Shown: positions 15,087 through 23,945 of the stretch, in pieces
Position numbering within the stretch: the stretch's first letter is position 1
Layout of the letters: each line of letters starts with the position of its first letter
From: Desulfofundulus kuznetsovii DSM 6115
GTDB lineage: Bacteria; Bacillota; Desulfotomaculia; Desulfotomaculales; Desulfovirgulaceae
Reading direction: 5' to 3'
NCBI RefSeq assembly: GCF_000214705.1
Contig: NC_015573.1
Coordinates: 1,798,911 to 1,822,910 of the forward strand
Length of the DNA: 24,000 nt
Translations under genes and position numbers: made by a program
Notes under the pieces: generated by a model
Databases searched by the model: none
What the model saw: the letters and a program-made list of their open reading frames with translations, nothing else
Told to the model about the DNA's origin: nothing

Positions 15087-15335
15087 TTAACGCTCATATA
15101 ACTCCTCCCGCCGCCACTGCCGGCCCCTTTCCTGGTCTCCTTTTTTTACCCGGCTCAAAATGAACTGTTTTTCCCGTTCCCAGGCTGAGATGTCCCTTGG
15201 GATTGAGGGTCCGGCGGCAAGGTGCGCTTCGATAGTGCGCCGGATTAATTCCGCTTCAGTTACGCCTGGTTCGCCGGCCCTTTTTTTCAGCAGGGCATCG
15301 TGGTGGGGCTTGATATATACCTGCTTCCGGATCAA
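15087..15335 (-). CDS. RHH (CopG-like) DNA-binding protein, copy 1 (intact)
   Basis: (L)IRKQVYIKPHHDALLKKRAGEPGVTEAELIRRTIEAHL has a strand-helix-helix pattern. I prefer TTG 15335 (GAGGTG 7 nt upstream) over the track start 15350. Confidence 0.65.
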   Translation of the reverse strand: MIRKQVYIKPHHDALLKKRAGEPGVTEAELIRRTIEAHLAAGPSIPRDISAWEREKQFILSRVKKGDQERGRQWRREELYER

Positions 15336-15449
15336 CTCGAAACACCTCAAAAAAACTTATTAATACACCATTAATACATTACTCTGAAAAGATCAAGACT
15401 TTTCGGAGCCGAAATTTTATTTTGGAAGCCAGCAGCGTCTCAAGTCTTA

Positions 15450-15476
15450 TCAAGTTTTCGCCCCGGGTTCCGATAC
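15450..15476 (+). promoter_or_regulatory. Putative sigma-D promoter of fliD-fliS
   Basis: TCAA-N15-TCCGATAC, versus the consensus TAAA-N15-GCCGATAA. It lies 40 nt upstream of the fliD start. Confidence 0.45.
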
Positions 15477-15515
15477 TTTTATAGTAGTAGAAACTTACGT
15501 TAGAAGGTGATCGGG

Positions 15516-17087
15516 ATGACTTCCATCCTACCCGCCACTTCCAGCCTGCGCATCGGCGGGCTGGCTTCGGGCATAGACACCGATTCCATTATCAAGGAAC
15601 TGATGAAGGCACAGAGGATACCCCTGGACCGGCTGAATCAGAACAAGCAGGTACTCCTCTGGCAGCAGGAGGACTACCGGGCCATCTACGACAGCCTGCG
15701 CGCCTTCCGGGACAGGGTTTTCAACATGAAGCTGCAGGCCACATACCTGGCGAAGAAGGCTTCTTCGTCCAACGAGGCCGCTGTAACCGCCACGGCTAAC
15801 CCTACCGCCACGCCCGGGACGTATACTGTAACGGTAAATAAGCTGGCCACAGGGGTGTCCAAGGTAAGCCAGATAGAGTTGAATGACGAAACCAAGGACG
15901 GGACCATCCTAACCCTGAAGGATCAGTTTAGTCTGACGACGGATACTATCTCTTTTACCCTCAAAGGTAGCAAAGGGGAAAAGGACTTCTTTTTTGACAC
16001 CACCAAGGACACCATTTATGACGTTGTCAAGAAGATCAACGACGCCAACCTGGGGATAACCGCCTCCTACGACTCCAACTTGAACCGCTTTATTCTTGCC
16101 ACCACCTCTACGGGCAAGGATGCGATAGTAAACGTGACTAAAGACGATAACCATTTTCTTTCAGATGCCTCCGATTACGGTACGGGCACTCCCAGCAATA
16201 CCCTAAAGTTGAAGCTGGTTACAGGGACGGAGGTAACCGGCCAGGACGCTGAGTTCAACCTCAGTATCGGCGATGCCAACGTGAACTCCTATACGAGCTC
16301 TACCAACACCGTTACGGTGGCCGGCATCACGCTCAACTTAAAGCAGGCCGACCCTAACAACCCTGTCACCATCACCGTCTCCAACGACACCGACGCCGTG
16401 TTCAACGCCATCAAGGATTTCGTTTCCGCCTATAACGAAATCATAGACAAGATCAACGGCAAGCTCACGGAGCCACGCTACCGGGACTACCTGCCGCTCA
16501 CCGACGAGCAGCGGGAACAGCTTTCCGATGAGCAGGAAAAGAAGTGGGAGGAGAAGGCCAGGAGCGGCCTCCTGCGCGGCGACAGCCTCCTGGAGAGTGT
16601 GGTTTCCAGGATGCGCGCTACAATGTCCGCTATTGTGCCGGGGCTGGCTGCCGGGTACGACACGCTGGCCGATGTTGGAATCACCACCCTTTCCTACGAG
16701 GAAAGGGGGAAGCTCTACATTGACGAAGCCAAGCTGAAAGGCGCCCTGCAGAAAGACCCGGACGGGGTGATGAATTTATTTACAAAGAGTGCGGAGAACT
16801 ATGCGGAAAAGGGCATCGCCATGCGGCTTTACGACGACGTGAACAGCGCCATGGCCCTCATTTCCGCCCGGGCCGGCACCAGCAGTTCCTACAGCACCGC
16901 GGACAACAGCGCCATCGGCAGGCAGATAGCCGCCATGAACGAACGCATCAGCACCATGGAAGAGCGCCTGCGGCAGCTGGAGGACCGCTACTGGCGGCAG
17001 TTCACCGCCATGGAGCAGGCCATTCAGCAGATGAACGCCCAGAGTGCCTGGCTGGCCATGCAACTGGGCATGGGCCAGGGCCGTTAA
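15516..17087 (+). CDS. fliD: Flagellar filament cap protein FliD (HAP2)
   Basis: N-terminus has GGLASGIDTDSIIKELMKAQRIPLD. C-terminus has RYWRQFTAMEQAIQQMNAQSAWL. ATG 15516 is preceded by GAAGGTGA (the track starts at GTG 15507). Confidence 0.93.
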   Translation: MTSILPATSSLRIGGLASGIDTDSIIKELMKAQRIPLDRLNQNKQVLLWQQEDYRAIYDSLRAFRDRVFNMKLQATYLAKKASSSNEAAVTATANPTATPGTYTVTVNKLATGVSKVSQIELNDETKDGTILTLKDQFSLTTDTISFTLKGSKGEKDFFFDTTKDTIYDVVKKINDANLGITASYDSNLNRFILATTSTGKDAIVNVTKDDNHFLSDASDYGTGTPSNTLKLKLVTGTEVTGQDAEFNLSIGDANVNSYTSSTNTVTVAGITLNLKQADPNNPVTITVSNDTDAVFNAIKDFVSAYNEIIDKINGKLTEPRYRDYLPLTDEQREQLSDEQEKKWEEKARSGLLRGDSLLESVVSRMRATMSAIVPGLAAGYDTLADVGITTLSYEERGKLYIDEAKLKGALQKDPDGVMNLFTKSAENYAEKGIAMRLYDDVNSAMALISARAGTSSSYSTADNSAIGRQIAAMNERISTMEERLRQLEDRYWRQFTAMEQAIQQMNAQSAWLAMQLGMGQGR

Positions 17088-17108
17088 GGGCCGTTTCCCG
17101 CAGGGAAT

Positions 17109-17166
17109 AAGTATTCAGTCAAACCGTGAGGACAATGCCGCATCCAACCGGGTTCGCTGAATACTT
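17109..17166 (+). repeat. Intergenic hairpin element, copy 1 (after fliD)
   Basis: 10-bp stem AAGTATTCAG/CTGAATACTT around a 38-nt interior. It shares TTCAGTNAAACCG....CTGAATAYTTAC with copy 2. Confidence 0.5.
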
Positions 17167-17324
17167 ACGCCGGGAAAGCCGGGAAAATGATAAAAACGCA
17201 CCGCGAATATCGCCGGCAAAGGGTTTCCCGGTGCCGGCCAGCAGGTGAAAAACAGCGGCGCGAAAGCAGAAAACGGTTGAAAAGCGGCAAGAAGAAACGC
17301 GTATCCAAGGGGTGAGTTTTAAAA

Positions 17325-17717
17325 ATGCAGGCGGCTTCAAACCCCTACCAGCAATACCTCCAAAACGCCGTGCTCACCGCCGACCCGGGGCGGCTGACGC
17401 TCATGCTTTACACCGGGGCGGTCAGATTCATCCGCCAGGCCAGTGACTGCCTGGCCGCCCGGGACATCCCCGGCGCGCACCGGGCATGCCTGCGCGCCCA
17501 GGACATCATCGTGTACCTCCTGGAAACCGTCAACCGGGAGATGGAAGTCGGTAAAAACCTTTCCGCCCTCTACGATTACATGTACCGGCGCCTGGTGGAG
17601 GCAAACGTGAAAAAGGACGCAGCCGTCCTGGACGAAGTGGCCGGGCTGCTGGAAGAACTGGCCGATACCTGGGAACAGGCCCTCAAACTGAAAGGGCAAC
17701 AGGTGGCGGGAGGTTGA
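17325..17717 (+). CDS. fliS: Flagellin-specific export chaperone FliS
   Basis: NPYQQYLQNAVLTADPGRLTLMLYTGAVRFI..A..II.YL...L.....G..L..LY.YM. Typical FliS sequence and the typical position after fliD. Confidence 0.93.
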   Translation: MQAASNPYQQYLQNAVLTADPGRLTLMLYTGAVRFIRQASDCLAARDIPGAHRACLRAQDIIVYLLETVNREMEVGKNLSALYDYMYRRLVEANVKKDAAVLDEVAGLLEELADTWEQALKLKGQQVAGG

Positions 17718-17742
17718 TTGTGTATAAACCCCTGAGTGTAAT

Positions 17743-17790
17743 TGTTCAGTAAAACCGCTACCACCGGCACCATAGTGGGGTCACTGAATA
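17743..17790 (+). repeat. Intergenic hairpin element, copy 2 (after fliS)
   Basis: Stem TTGTTCAGT/ACTGAATA around a ~32-nt interior. See copy 1. Confidence 0.5.
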
Positions 17791-17874
17791 TTTACCAGTT
17801 ATCCCCAGTCTTGAGAGTTTAGTTCGAAAGCAAGTGACTTGAGCCAGGTGGAAGTCCAAAGGGATGATTCCACA

Positions 17875-18279
17875 ATGCCCCCACAAAATCAAGACGAAAA
17901 AAAACTCAGGCTCCTGCAGGAAATGCGCGGTGAAATGCTGGCCTTAAGGGCCGTGCTCGAGCGCCTGTGCGCGCTCCAGGATGAACCGTCGGCTGAGGAA
18001 TCACTGGGTGCTGTTTCCCGGCACCTTGCCGCCATTGAAGAGATAAGAGCAGGGATTGATGAGCTGGACGGGGCGGGGGGGCCCGGCGCGGGCGGGCCGG
18101 AAATCTCCGCCCTCCTCCTTCAGATCGATGAGATCCACCGGCAGAACCTCCGGCTGGCCGCAAAGGTGCGGGAGCGCCTGACCGGAGCGTTGATGGACCT
18201 CCGCAGGGCCGGGCAGGCCAGGGCTTACATGAAGAAAAACGGCGCCGCCGGAGGTTATTTTGTAGACCGGCGGGGGTAA
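17875..18279 (+). CDS. Hypothetical helical protein in the fliT position of the fliD-fliS operon
   Basis: Its position after fliS and its predicted all-helical, charged sequence (LRLLQEMRGEMLALRAVLERL..) fit a FliT-like chaperone, but no diagnostic motif was recognised. The start is either ATG 17875 or TTG 17839 (track). Confidence 0.5.
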   Translation: MPPQNQDEKKLRLLQEMRGEMLALRAVLERLCALQDEPSAEESLGAVSRHLAAIEEIRAGIDELDGAGGPGAGGPEISALLLQIDEIHRQNLRLAAKVRERLTGALMDLRRAGQARAYMKKNGAAGGYFVDRRG

Positions 18280-18295
18280 AAAAGGAAAAAAGGGT

Positions 18296-18514
18296 GTGAT
18301 ATACCAAAAAGTCGTGGGGCGCTTTTACGCCCGTTTGGAGAGGCTTCTGTCCGGCACACCTTGCGAGCCGTTTGTCGCGCCTACCGACGTCGTACTTTCG
18401 GAATACGATGTGGTTCAGCCCGACGTGTTTGTGGTATGTGACCAGGGCATCGAAGTTCCCCTCCGGGAAATATTTCAGGCAACGAAGCCTATGGAAAAAA
18501 AAGATAATGAGTGA
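18296..18514 (+). pseudogene. Uma2-family endonuclease fragment (internal deletion)
   Basis: CEPFVAPTDVVLSEYDVVQPDVFVVCDQ is an Uma2 N-half motif. It is fused directly to GIEVPLREIFQ (Uma2 C-terminal motif). The PD..E.K core is missing and only 72 codons remain. Confidence 0.65.
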
Positions 18515-18518
18515 TTTT

Positions 18519-18881
18519 TTAAAGGTACCGGTCCAGGAGCAGGCCGATGGTTTTATGCGGTTCCCGCGCCGCCTCCAGCACGACATGGCCGGGAACTTCC
18601 CCTTTTACCGCCCCTGTACCCTTTTCGGCCACTTCCACCCGGAGGTTTTCCCCGTCTTCCCGCACCAGAAACTCCAGGGGCTGGTTGTAGGCCTCTGCCG
18701 CCTGGTTCAGCCGGCCCACTGCGGCCACCAGTTCCTCCCGGCTGAAGCCCCCTTCTTCCGGTGGAGGCGCACCCTGGGGAAAGACATCCTCCCGCTTTAC
18801 CGCCGCCGGAGGCTCAATCCGCCGCAGCGGCGCCACCTCTTGAGACGCCAGAGACTGCAATCCACCCGCTCCTACTTTCAT
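18519..18881 (-). CDS. flaG: FlaG family flagellar protein
   Basis: LVAAVGRLNQAAEAYNQPLEFLVREDGENLRVEVAEKGTGAVKGEVPGHVVLE matches the FlaG pattern (LN....N..L.F.v.e......V.v.d..tGEvir.iP). Strong RBS GGAAGGGAGGG. Confidence 0.8.
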   Translation of the reverse strand: MKVGAGGLQSLASQEVAPLRRIEPPAAVKREDVFPQGAPPPEEGGFSREELVAAVGRLNQAAEAYNQPLEFLVREDGENLRVEVAEKGTGAVKGEVPGHVVLEAAREPHKTIGLLLDRYL

Positions 18882-18979
18882 AATCAGCCCTCCCTTCCCA
18901 GTATTTGGATTATCCTAGTTATTACTACTTTCCAGCTACCCTGTTTGGGCTCCCGCCATCCCCTATTATATTTCACTGC

Positions 18980-20350
18980 CTACACCAGCCTGGCGATCTC
19001 CCCCGCCACTTCCCCCAGGGGGACGACTTTCAGTGCCGCTCCCAGGTCGATGGCCGCTTTGGGCATGCCGAAGACCACACACGTGGATTCGTCCTGGGCG
19101 ATGGTGGGGCCGCCTTTTTCCCTGATGGCGGCCATGCCCCTGGCGCCGTCCCGGCCCATGCCCGTGAGGAGGACCCCCATGACCCGTGCCCCGAAGATTT
19201 CCGCCGCCGAGAGCATCACCCCGTCCACCGAAGGGCGGAACCCCCCGGGAGGCACGGGCCCGCTGCCGGCGTTCAGGTGAACGGTGACATGACCGGGCCG
19301 CCCGCGAAAGGTGAGGTCGAAACCGGCCGGGGCCACCAGCACCCGGCCCGGGACGACGGGATCGCCTTCTTCTGCGTGTTTTACCGGCAGGCGGCTGCGG
19401 CGGTTCAGGTGTTCGGCCAGGGGGCCGGAAAAGCCCACCGGCAGGTGCTGCACCAGCACCACGGCGGCGGGAAAATCTTCCGGCAGGGCGGGAATAATCA
19501 CCTGCAGCGCGGCCGGGCCGCCGGTGGAGGAGCCTATTACGACCAGGTCGATACGAGGGGAGCGTTTTGGTACCACCACCAGCCGGGGCACAGTGCCGCC
19601 GGCCGTGGTGTCCCGGTCCGCTTTCGCCCTGCCGGCGTCAGCGGCCCTGCCGGCCGTACCGGCGGGAGCCCCGGTCGGTGAACGGCCTGCGGGGTGCAAG
19701 GAAAGCATTCCATCCCTGGCGGGCGGCATGCTGGAGGGTGTACCGGCATGCTGTTCCGGAACGGAGCCTATGTCTGCCGGTATAACCGGGGGCACCTCTT
19801 TCCTGCCGGAGACGCCGGCCGGTTTGCCCGGCGGGCCGGGAGGCGTCCGGGCATCCCCCGGCCTTTTTCCCCGGGGTGGCGGCAGTGAAGGCCCGGCTTT
19901 TCCGGCGGGAAACGGGTGAAATGCCATGCCCACCCCGGGGCGTACCAGCTTGCTTGCGGCCACTGTGGCGGCGGCGCGCAGTTTTTCCACCAGCTCGTCG
20001 ACCATGGCGTCCAGCCGCCCCGGGCCGGAGGGTTTGGCTACAAAATCCACCGCTCCCAGAGACAGGGCCCGCATGGTGGCCCGGGCGCCGGCGGTGGTGT
20101 GGGAGCTGAGCATGACCACCGGGACGGGGCATTCCTTCATCACCCTTCGCAGTACCCCCAGGCCGTCCAGTACCGGCATTTCCAGGTCCAGGGAGACCAC
20201 GTCGGGTTTCAGGGCGCAGATCTTGGCCACCGCCTCTTTACCGTCCGCCGCGGTGTCAATTACATTATACCCCCGGCTTTCCAGCAGGCGGGTGATTAAA
20301 CGGCGCATCAAGGCCGAGTCGTCCACTACCAGCACGCGAATCGCCGCCAC
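18980..20350 (-). CDS. cheB: Chemotaxis response regulator protein-glutamate methylesterase CheB with an unusually long linker
   Basis: Receiver domain: IRVLVVDDSALMRR..DLEMPVLDG. Methylesterase domain: VVIGSSTGGPAAL..VQH..D..F..RPSVD..GMGRDGA. I prefer GTG 20350 (AAAGGGG 9 nt upstream) over the track's TTG 20374. Confidence 0.92.
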   Translation of the reverse strand: MAAIRVLVVDDSALMRRLITRLLESRGYNVIDTAADGKEAVAKICALKPDVVSLDLEMPVLDGLGVLRRVMKECPVPVVMLSSHTTAGARATMRALSLGAVDFVAKPSGPGRLDAMVDELVEKLRAAATVAASKLVRPGVGMAFHPFPAGKAGPSLPPPRGKRPGDARTPPGPPGKPAGVSGRKEVPPVIPADIGSVPEQHAGTPSSMPPARDGMLSLHPAGRSPTGAPAGTAGRAADAGRAKADRDTTAGGTVPRLVVVPKRSPRIDLVVIGSSTGGPAALQVIIPALPEDFPAAVVLVQHLPVGFSGPLAEHLNRRSRLPVKHAEEGDPVVPGRVLVAPAGFDLTFRGRPGHVTVHLNAGSGPVPPGGFRPSVDGVMLSAAEIFGARVMGVLLTGMGRDGARGMAAIREKGGPTIAQDESTCVVFGMPKAAIDLGAALKVVPLGEVAGEIARLV

Positions 20351-20394
20351 CTCAGAAAACCCCTTTTCAGTCAATTAATGGTTATAAAATAATT

Positions 20395-22551
20395 CTACCC
20401 CGCCCTGCTCACCTCATAGATAATTTCTTCCACACCGGCGTCCTTGACAATACCCCGGGCGTCCACAATCAGGGCCACTTTGCCGTCCCCCAGGATGGTG
20501 GCTCCCGAAAGACCGGGTACCTGTCCCAGGTAACCGCCCAGGGATTTGATCACAATTTCCTGCTCGCCGATGAGCCGGTCCACCACCACGCCAACCTTTT
20601 TATCCCCGGAGCCCAGGATAACCACCGAAAGCTTGCCTTCCTCCTTGCTTTTCTCCTGGAAGAGGTGGGCCAGGCGTACCAGGGGCAGCACCTGGCCGCG
20701 CACCACAATGACTTCGGCGTGGCGCACCCGCCGGATTTCCCCGGGTTTCAGCGTCAGGGTTTCCAGCACATTGGTTAACGGGAAGGCGTAAACGTGATCC
20801 CCCAGGGTCACCATCAGCGCCCGGATGATGGCCAGGGTCAGGGGCAGCTTGATGGTGAAGGTGGTGCCTCTGCCGGGGGCGGTGGTAAATTCCACCGAGC
20901 CGTTTATCTGCTCGATCTGGTTGCGCACGATATCCATGCCCACTCCCCGGCCGGAGACGTCGCTTACGGTGCCGGCGGTGGAAAAACCGGGGGTAAAGAT
21001 GAGGTCCAGGATTTCCCGGTCGCTGGCCCGGGCGGCCTGTTCCGGGGTCATCAATCCCTTCTCTATTGCCTTCTGCCGGATTTTGTCCGGGTCCATTCCC
21101 CTGCCGTCGTCGGACAAAGTAATCACGATGTGGCTCTCCACATAAGCCGCCTTCAAAAGCAGCCGGCCGGTGCGGGGTTTGCCCAAGCGCACCCTTTCTT
21201 CAGGGGGTTCAATACCGTGGTCCACGGCGTTGCGTAAAAGGTGGATCAGGGGGTCACCGATGACTTCGATTACGTTGCGGTCCAGTTCCGTTTCCCGGCC
21301 CTCGATGATAAAGTCAATTTCCTTGCCCATTTTATGGGCCAGGTCGCGCACCATACGGGGCAGGCGGTTGAACACGTGGGCCACGGGCAACATGCGCGCC
21401 TTCATGATTTCTTCCTGCAGGTCGTTGGTCACCTGTCCCAGGTGGTTGGAAATTTCCACTATGTTTTCCACCAGATCGTCGGAACCGTATCGGCTTTCGA
21501 AGACTTCCACGAAACGGTCCAGGCGGGTGCGGTCGATAACCAGTTCCCCCACCAGGTTCATCAGGGTGTCCAGCTTTTGCACGTCCACCCGCACGGTTTT
21601 TATATTCTCTTTGCCCGGTGGCGCGGCATCCTTTTTAACCTGCTGCCTGGCGGCGGCATCCGGGGCGGGGGTTTGTTCCCACCCGCGCAGTTTAATCAGG
21701 CGTACCTCAACACTGCTCACTTCGGCAATGGAAAAAACCAGATCGTGCACCTCTCCGGCGTCTTCTTTGGTCAGCAGCACCACGGTGAACCCTTGCTCGT
21801 ATTTACCTTCCTGTAAATCCTCTGCCGGAGGGATGCTTTTGATAATTTCACCTGTTTGCTGCAGGGTTTCAAAGATTAAAAAGGCCCGCACACCTTTCAT
21901 CTGGCAGCCCTGGTCGATGCCGATGTCCACCTGGTAGGCCTGGAAGCCCCGTACTTCCGCTTCCCGCACCACCTCTTTCACCGCATCTTCCAGTTCCAGG
22001 ACGGTACGGTAGGGCTGGTATTCACCGGTAGAAACCGTAGCTGAGGCGCCCGGGAAAGCGGCAGTTGCGGCAACCTGGCCTGCCGGTGGCGGGGAAACCG
22101 GTTCTGTACCATACGCAAGATCCCCGGCAACCCCTCTGCTGTCTGCCGGTTCTGCCGCTTCACAAGTTTGCATGTACTGGCGCAGTTTCGCAATAATGCT
22201 TGAAATGTCTATATCCCCGGTCTTTCCGGTGATCTCGTCTTTCAAAAGTTTTAAGGTATCGAGGGCTTCAAAAAGGGTGTCCACGAGGCTTTCGGTAACG
22301 TCCATCTCTCCCCGCCGCAGGCGGTCGAAAAGGTTTTCAATTTCATGGGTCAAGGTGGACATCTTTTCATAGCCCATGACGGCCGAGGAGCCTTTAATGG
22401 TATGGGCGGCCCGGAAGATTTCCTGGATTACTTCGGGGCTGCCCCCGTTCCGTTCGAGCAGCAAAACGTTATCGTTGATTACCTGGAGTTTCTCCTCCAG
22501 CTCTTCCAGAAAGACGGCAATTTCCTCTTCGGTAAACATTCCAGCCACCAT
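20395..22551 (-). CDS. cheA: Chemotaxis histidine kinase CheA
   Basis: Hpt HTIKGSSAVMG, a dimerisation domain, HATPase boxes (HLLRNAVDHGIE, DDGRGMD, GRGVGMD) and a C-terminal CheW-like domain. The start may be ATG 22539 (MFTEEE). Confidence 0.96.
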   Translation of the reverse strand: MVAGMFTEEEIAVFLEELEEKLQVINDNVLLLERNGGSPEVIQEIFRAAHTIKGSSAVMGYEKMSTLTHEIENLFDRLRRGEMDVTESLVDTLFEALDTLKLLKDEITGKTGDIDISSIIAKLRQYMQTCEAAEPADSRGVAGDLAYGTEPVSPPPAGQVAATAAFPGASATVSTGEYQPYRTVLELEDAVKEVVREAEVRGFQAYQVDIGIDQGCQMKGVRAFLIFETLQQTGEIIKSIPPAEDLQEGKYEQGFTVVLLTKEDAGEVHDLVFSIAEVSSVEVRLIKLRGWEQTPAPDAAARQQVKKDAAPPGKENIKTVRVDVQKLDTLMNLVGELVIDRTRLDRFVEVFESRYGSDDLVENIVEISNHLGQVTNDLQEEIMKARMLPVAHVFNRLPRMVRDLAHKMGKEIDFIIEGRETELDRNVIEVIGDPLIHLLRNAVDHGIEPPEERVRLGKPRTGRLLLKAAYVESHIVITLSDDGRGMDPDKIRQKAIEKGLMTPEQAARASDREILDLIFTPGFSTAGTVSDVSGRGVGMDIVRNQIEQINGSVEFTTAPGRGTTFTIKLPLTLAIIRALMVTLGDHVYAFPLTNVLETLTLKPGEIRRVRHAEVIVVRGQVLPLVRLAHLFQEKSKEEGKLSVVILGSGDKKVGVVVDRLIGEQEIVIKSLGGYLGQVPGLSGATILGDGKVALIVDARGIVKDAGVEEIIYEVSRAG

Positions 22552-22584
22552 CCTTCGCTAACCTAACTTCAGGAACAGGAACAT

Positions 22585-23079
22585 CTATGAGGCAGAACGT
22601 TCTTCAACCTGCTGGGCAAGTTCCTGTAAAGCTTCCTTCTCCTCCCGGCGGAAAACCCGGGTGGCGTCCAGGAGAATAATCAGGCGCTCGTCAACCAGGG
22701 CAATGCCCTGCAAGTAGGCGGCGGAAACCCCCGCGACCATGGGCGGTGGGGGTTGGATGCTTTCCCGGGACAGGCGTAATACTTCCGAAACCCCGTCCAC
22801 CATCATCCCGGCGGTAGCCCCGCCTACCTCGACGATGATGATGCGTGTGTTTTCGGATATGCTGACAGGAGCCAGGCCCAGGCGGTGCGCCAGGTCGATT
22901 ACCGGAATTACCCGCCCCCGCAGGTTGATCACCCCTTCCACAAACGCCGGGGCACCGGGAATGGCCGTAATATCAGCAGCCCTGATAATTTCGAGCACGT
23001 GGCCTATGTCTATGCCGTAAGTTTGCTCCTTCAAGCGGAATACCACCAATTGCAACTCACCCTGCTGGTTTTTGCTCAT
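22585..23079 (-). CDS. cheW: Chemotaxis coupling protein CheW
   Basis: LQLVVFRLKEQTYGIDIGHVLEIIR...AFVEGVINLRGRVIPVIDL. I prefer ATG 23079 (AAAGGAGAGG upstream) over the track start 23115. Confidence 0.92.
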   Translation of the reverse strand: MSKNQQGELQLVVFRLKEQTYGIDIGHVLEIIRAADITAIPGAPAFVEGVINLRGRVIPVIDLAHRLGLAPVSISENTRIIIVEVGGATAGMMVDGVSEVLRLSRESIQPPPPMVAGVSAAYLQGIALVDERLIILLDATRVFRREEKEALQELAQQVEERSAS

Positions 23080-23165
23080 CCAAACCTCTCCTTTGATGGG
23101 GTATAAATAGATCAAAGGTGCCGGGTGCTGTTAATTACCGGCACCGGGACAAAAGATTACTAAAT

Positions 23166-23945
23166 TTACTCTTCATCAGACCTTTCCTCCTGTTCCTGCC
23201 TGGCTTCGGGCTTCAGGAAGGCGGTCAAACGTTCCCGGATAAGTATGGGGTTGTACCCGGCCTGCAGGGAGACGATACCCTCCAGCATCAACTGGCGCAG
23301 GAGCATTTCCTTTTTGCTCAGGTTTTGCAGCTTGGCCGCCAGGGGCAGCCAGAATACGTTGGCGCTGGCCACGCCGTACAGGGTGGCGATGAAAGCCATG
23401 GCAATAGCCGGCCCCAGGGTTTCCGGGGACTCGATGGAACTGAGGACGTGGACCAGGCCCATCACCGTTCCGATGATGCCCATGGTGGGGGCATAGCCAC
23501 CGGCCGCCTCGAAGATGCCCGCTCCCACACTGTGCCGCTCCTGGATGGCGTAAAGTTCGGCTTCCAGGATACTGCGCACCAGGTCCGGGTCGGTGCCGTC
23601 AACGACCAGCTGGATGCCCTTGCGCAGGAAGGCATCATCTATTTCATCCAGGCGGTTTTCCAGGTAGAGCAACCCCTCCCGCCGGGCTTCGTCGGCCAGG
23701 CTGACAATCAGCTCGATGGTTTCGGTGGGTTCGGGAATGGTGCGAAAAAGCCCTACCCGGAAGAGCCGGGGAACCTGTTTTAAGTCGTTTATGGTAAAAC
23801 TGAAGATGGTGGCGCCTATGGTACCTCCGAAAACGATCAACGCGGCCGTAGGCTGCAAAAGGGCGGTGGCATGCCCTCCCTCCAGTATAAAGCCGCCCAC
23901 TAAAGCCACTACCGCGATTACAAAACCAAATATGGCAAGATCCAT
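23166..23945 (-). CDS. motA: Flagellar stator protein MotA (MotA/TolQ/ExbB proton-channel family)
   Basis: 259 aa with four TM segments, a cytoplasmic loop, and the conserved C-terminal ..APTMGIIGTVMGLVHVL..ATLYGVASANVFWLPLAAKL. Confidence 0.9.
   Translation of the reverse strand: MDLAIFGFVIAVVALVGGFILEGGHATALLQPTAALIVFGGTIGATIFSFTINDLKQVPRLFRVGLFRTIPEPTETIELIVSLADEARREGLLYLENRLDEIDDAFLRKGIQLVVDGTDPDLVRSILEAELYAIQERHSVGAGIFEAAGGYAPTMGIIGTVMGLVHVLSSIESPETLGPAIAMAFIATLYGVASANVFWLPLAAKLQNLSKKEMLLRQLMLEGIVSLQAGYNPILIRERLTAFLKPEARQEQEERSDEE

Noticed and set aside
14305-15090. Plus-strand ORFs 14305..14655, 14459..14647, 14487..15068, 14842..15090
   Set aside because: They are antisense to csrA and fliW and are Gly/Arg/Pro-rich shadow frames.
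17187-17315. 42-codon very basic small ORF (MIKTHREYRRQRVSRCRPAGEKQRRESRKRLKSGKKKRVSKG) between fliD and fliS
   Set aside because: It has no spaced RBS (GGGAAAATG is directly abutting). Its end merely provides the fliS Shine-Dalgarno, and its composition is explained by purine-rich spacer DNA. I cannot support it as a gene.
17906-20378. Long ORFs 17906..18586(-), 18372..19280(+), 18905..19681(+), 19311..19919(+), 19638..20132(-), 19916..20378(+)
   Set aside because: They overlap the FliT-like gene, flaG or cheB on the wrong strand or frame. They have extreme Pro/Arg/Gly composition and no motifs.
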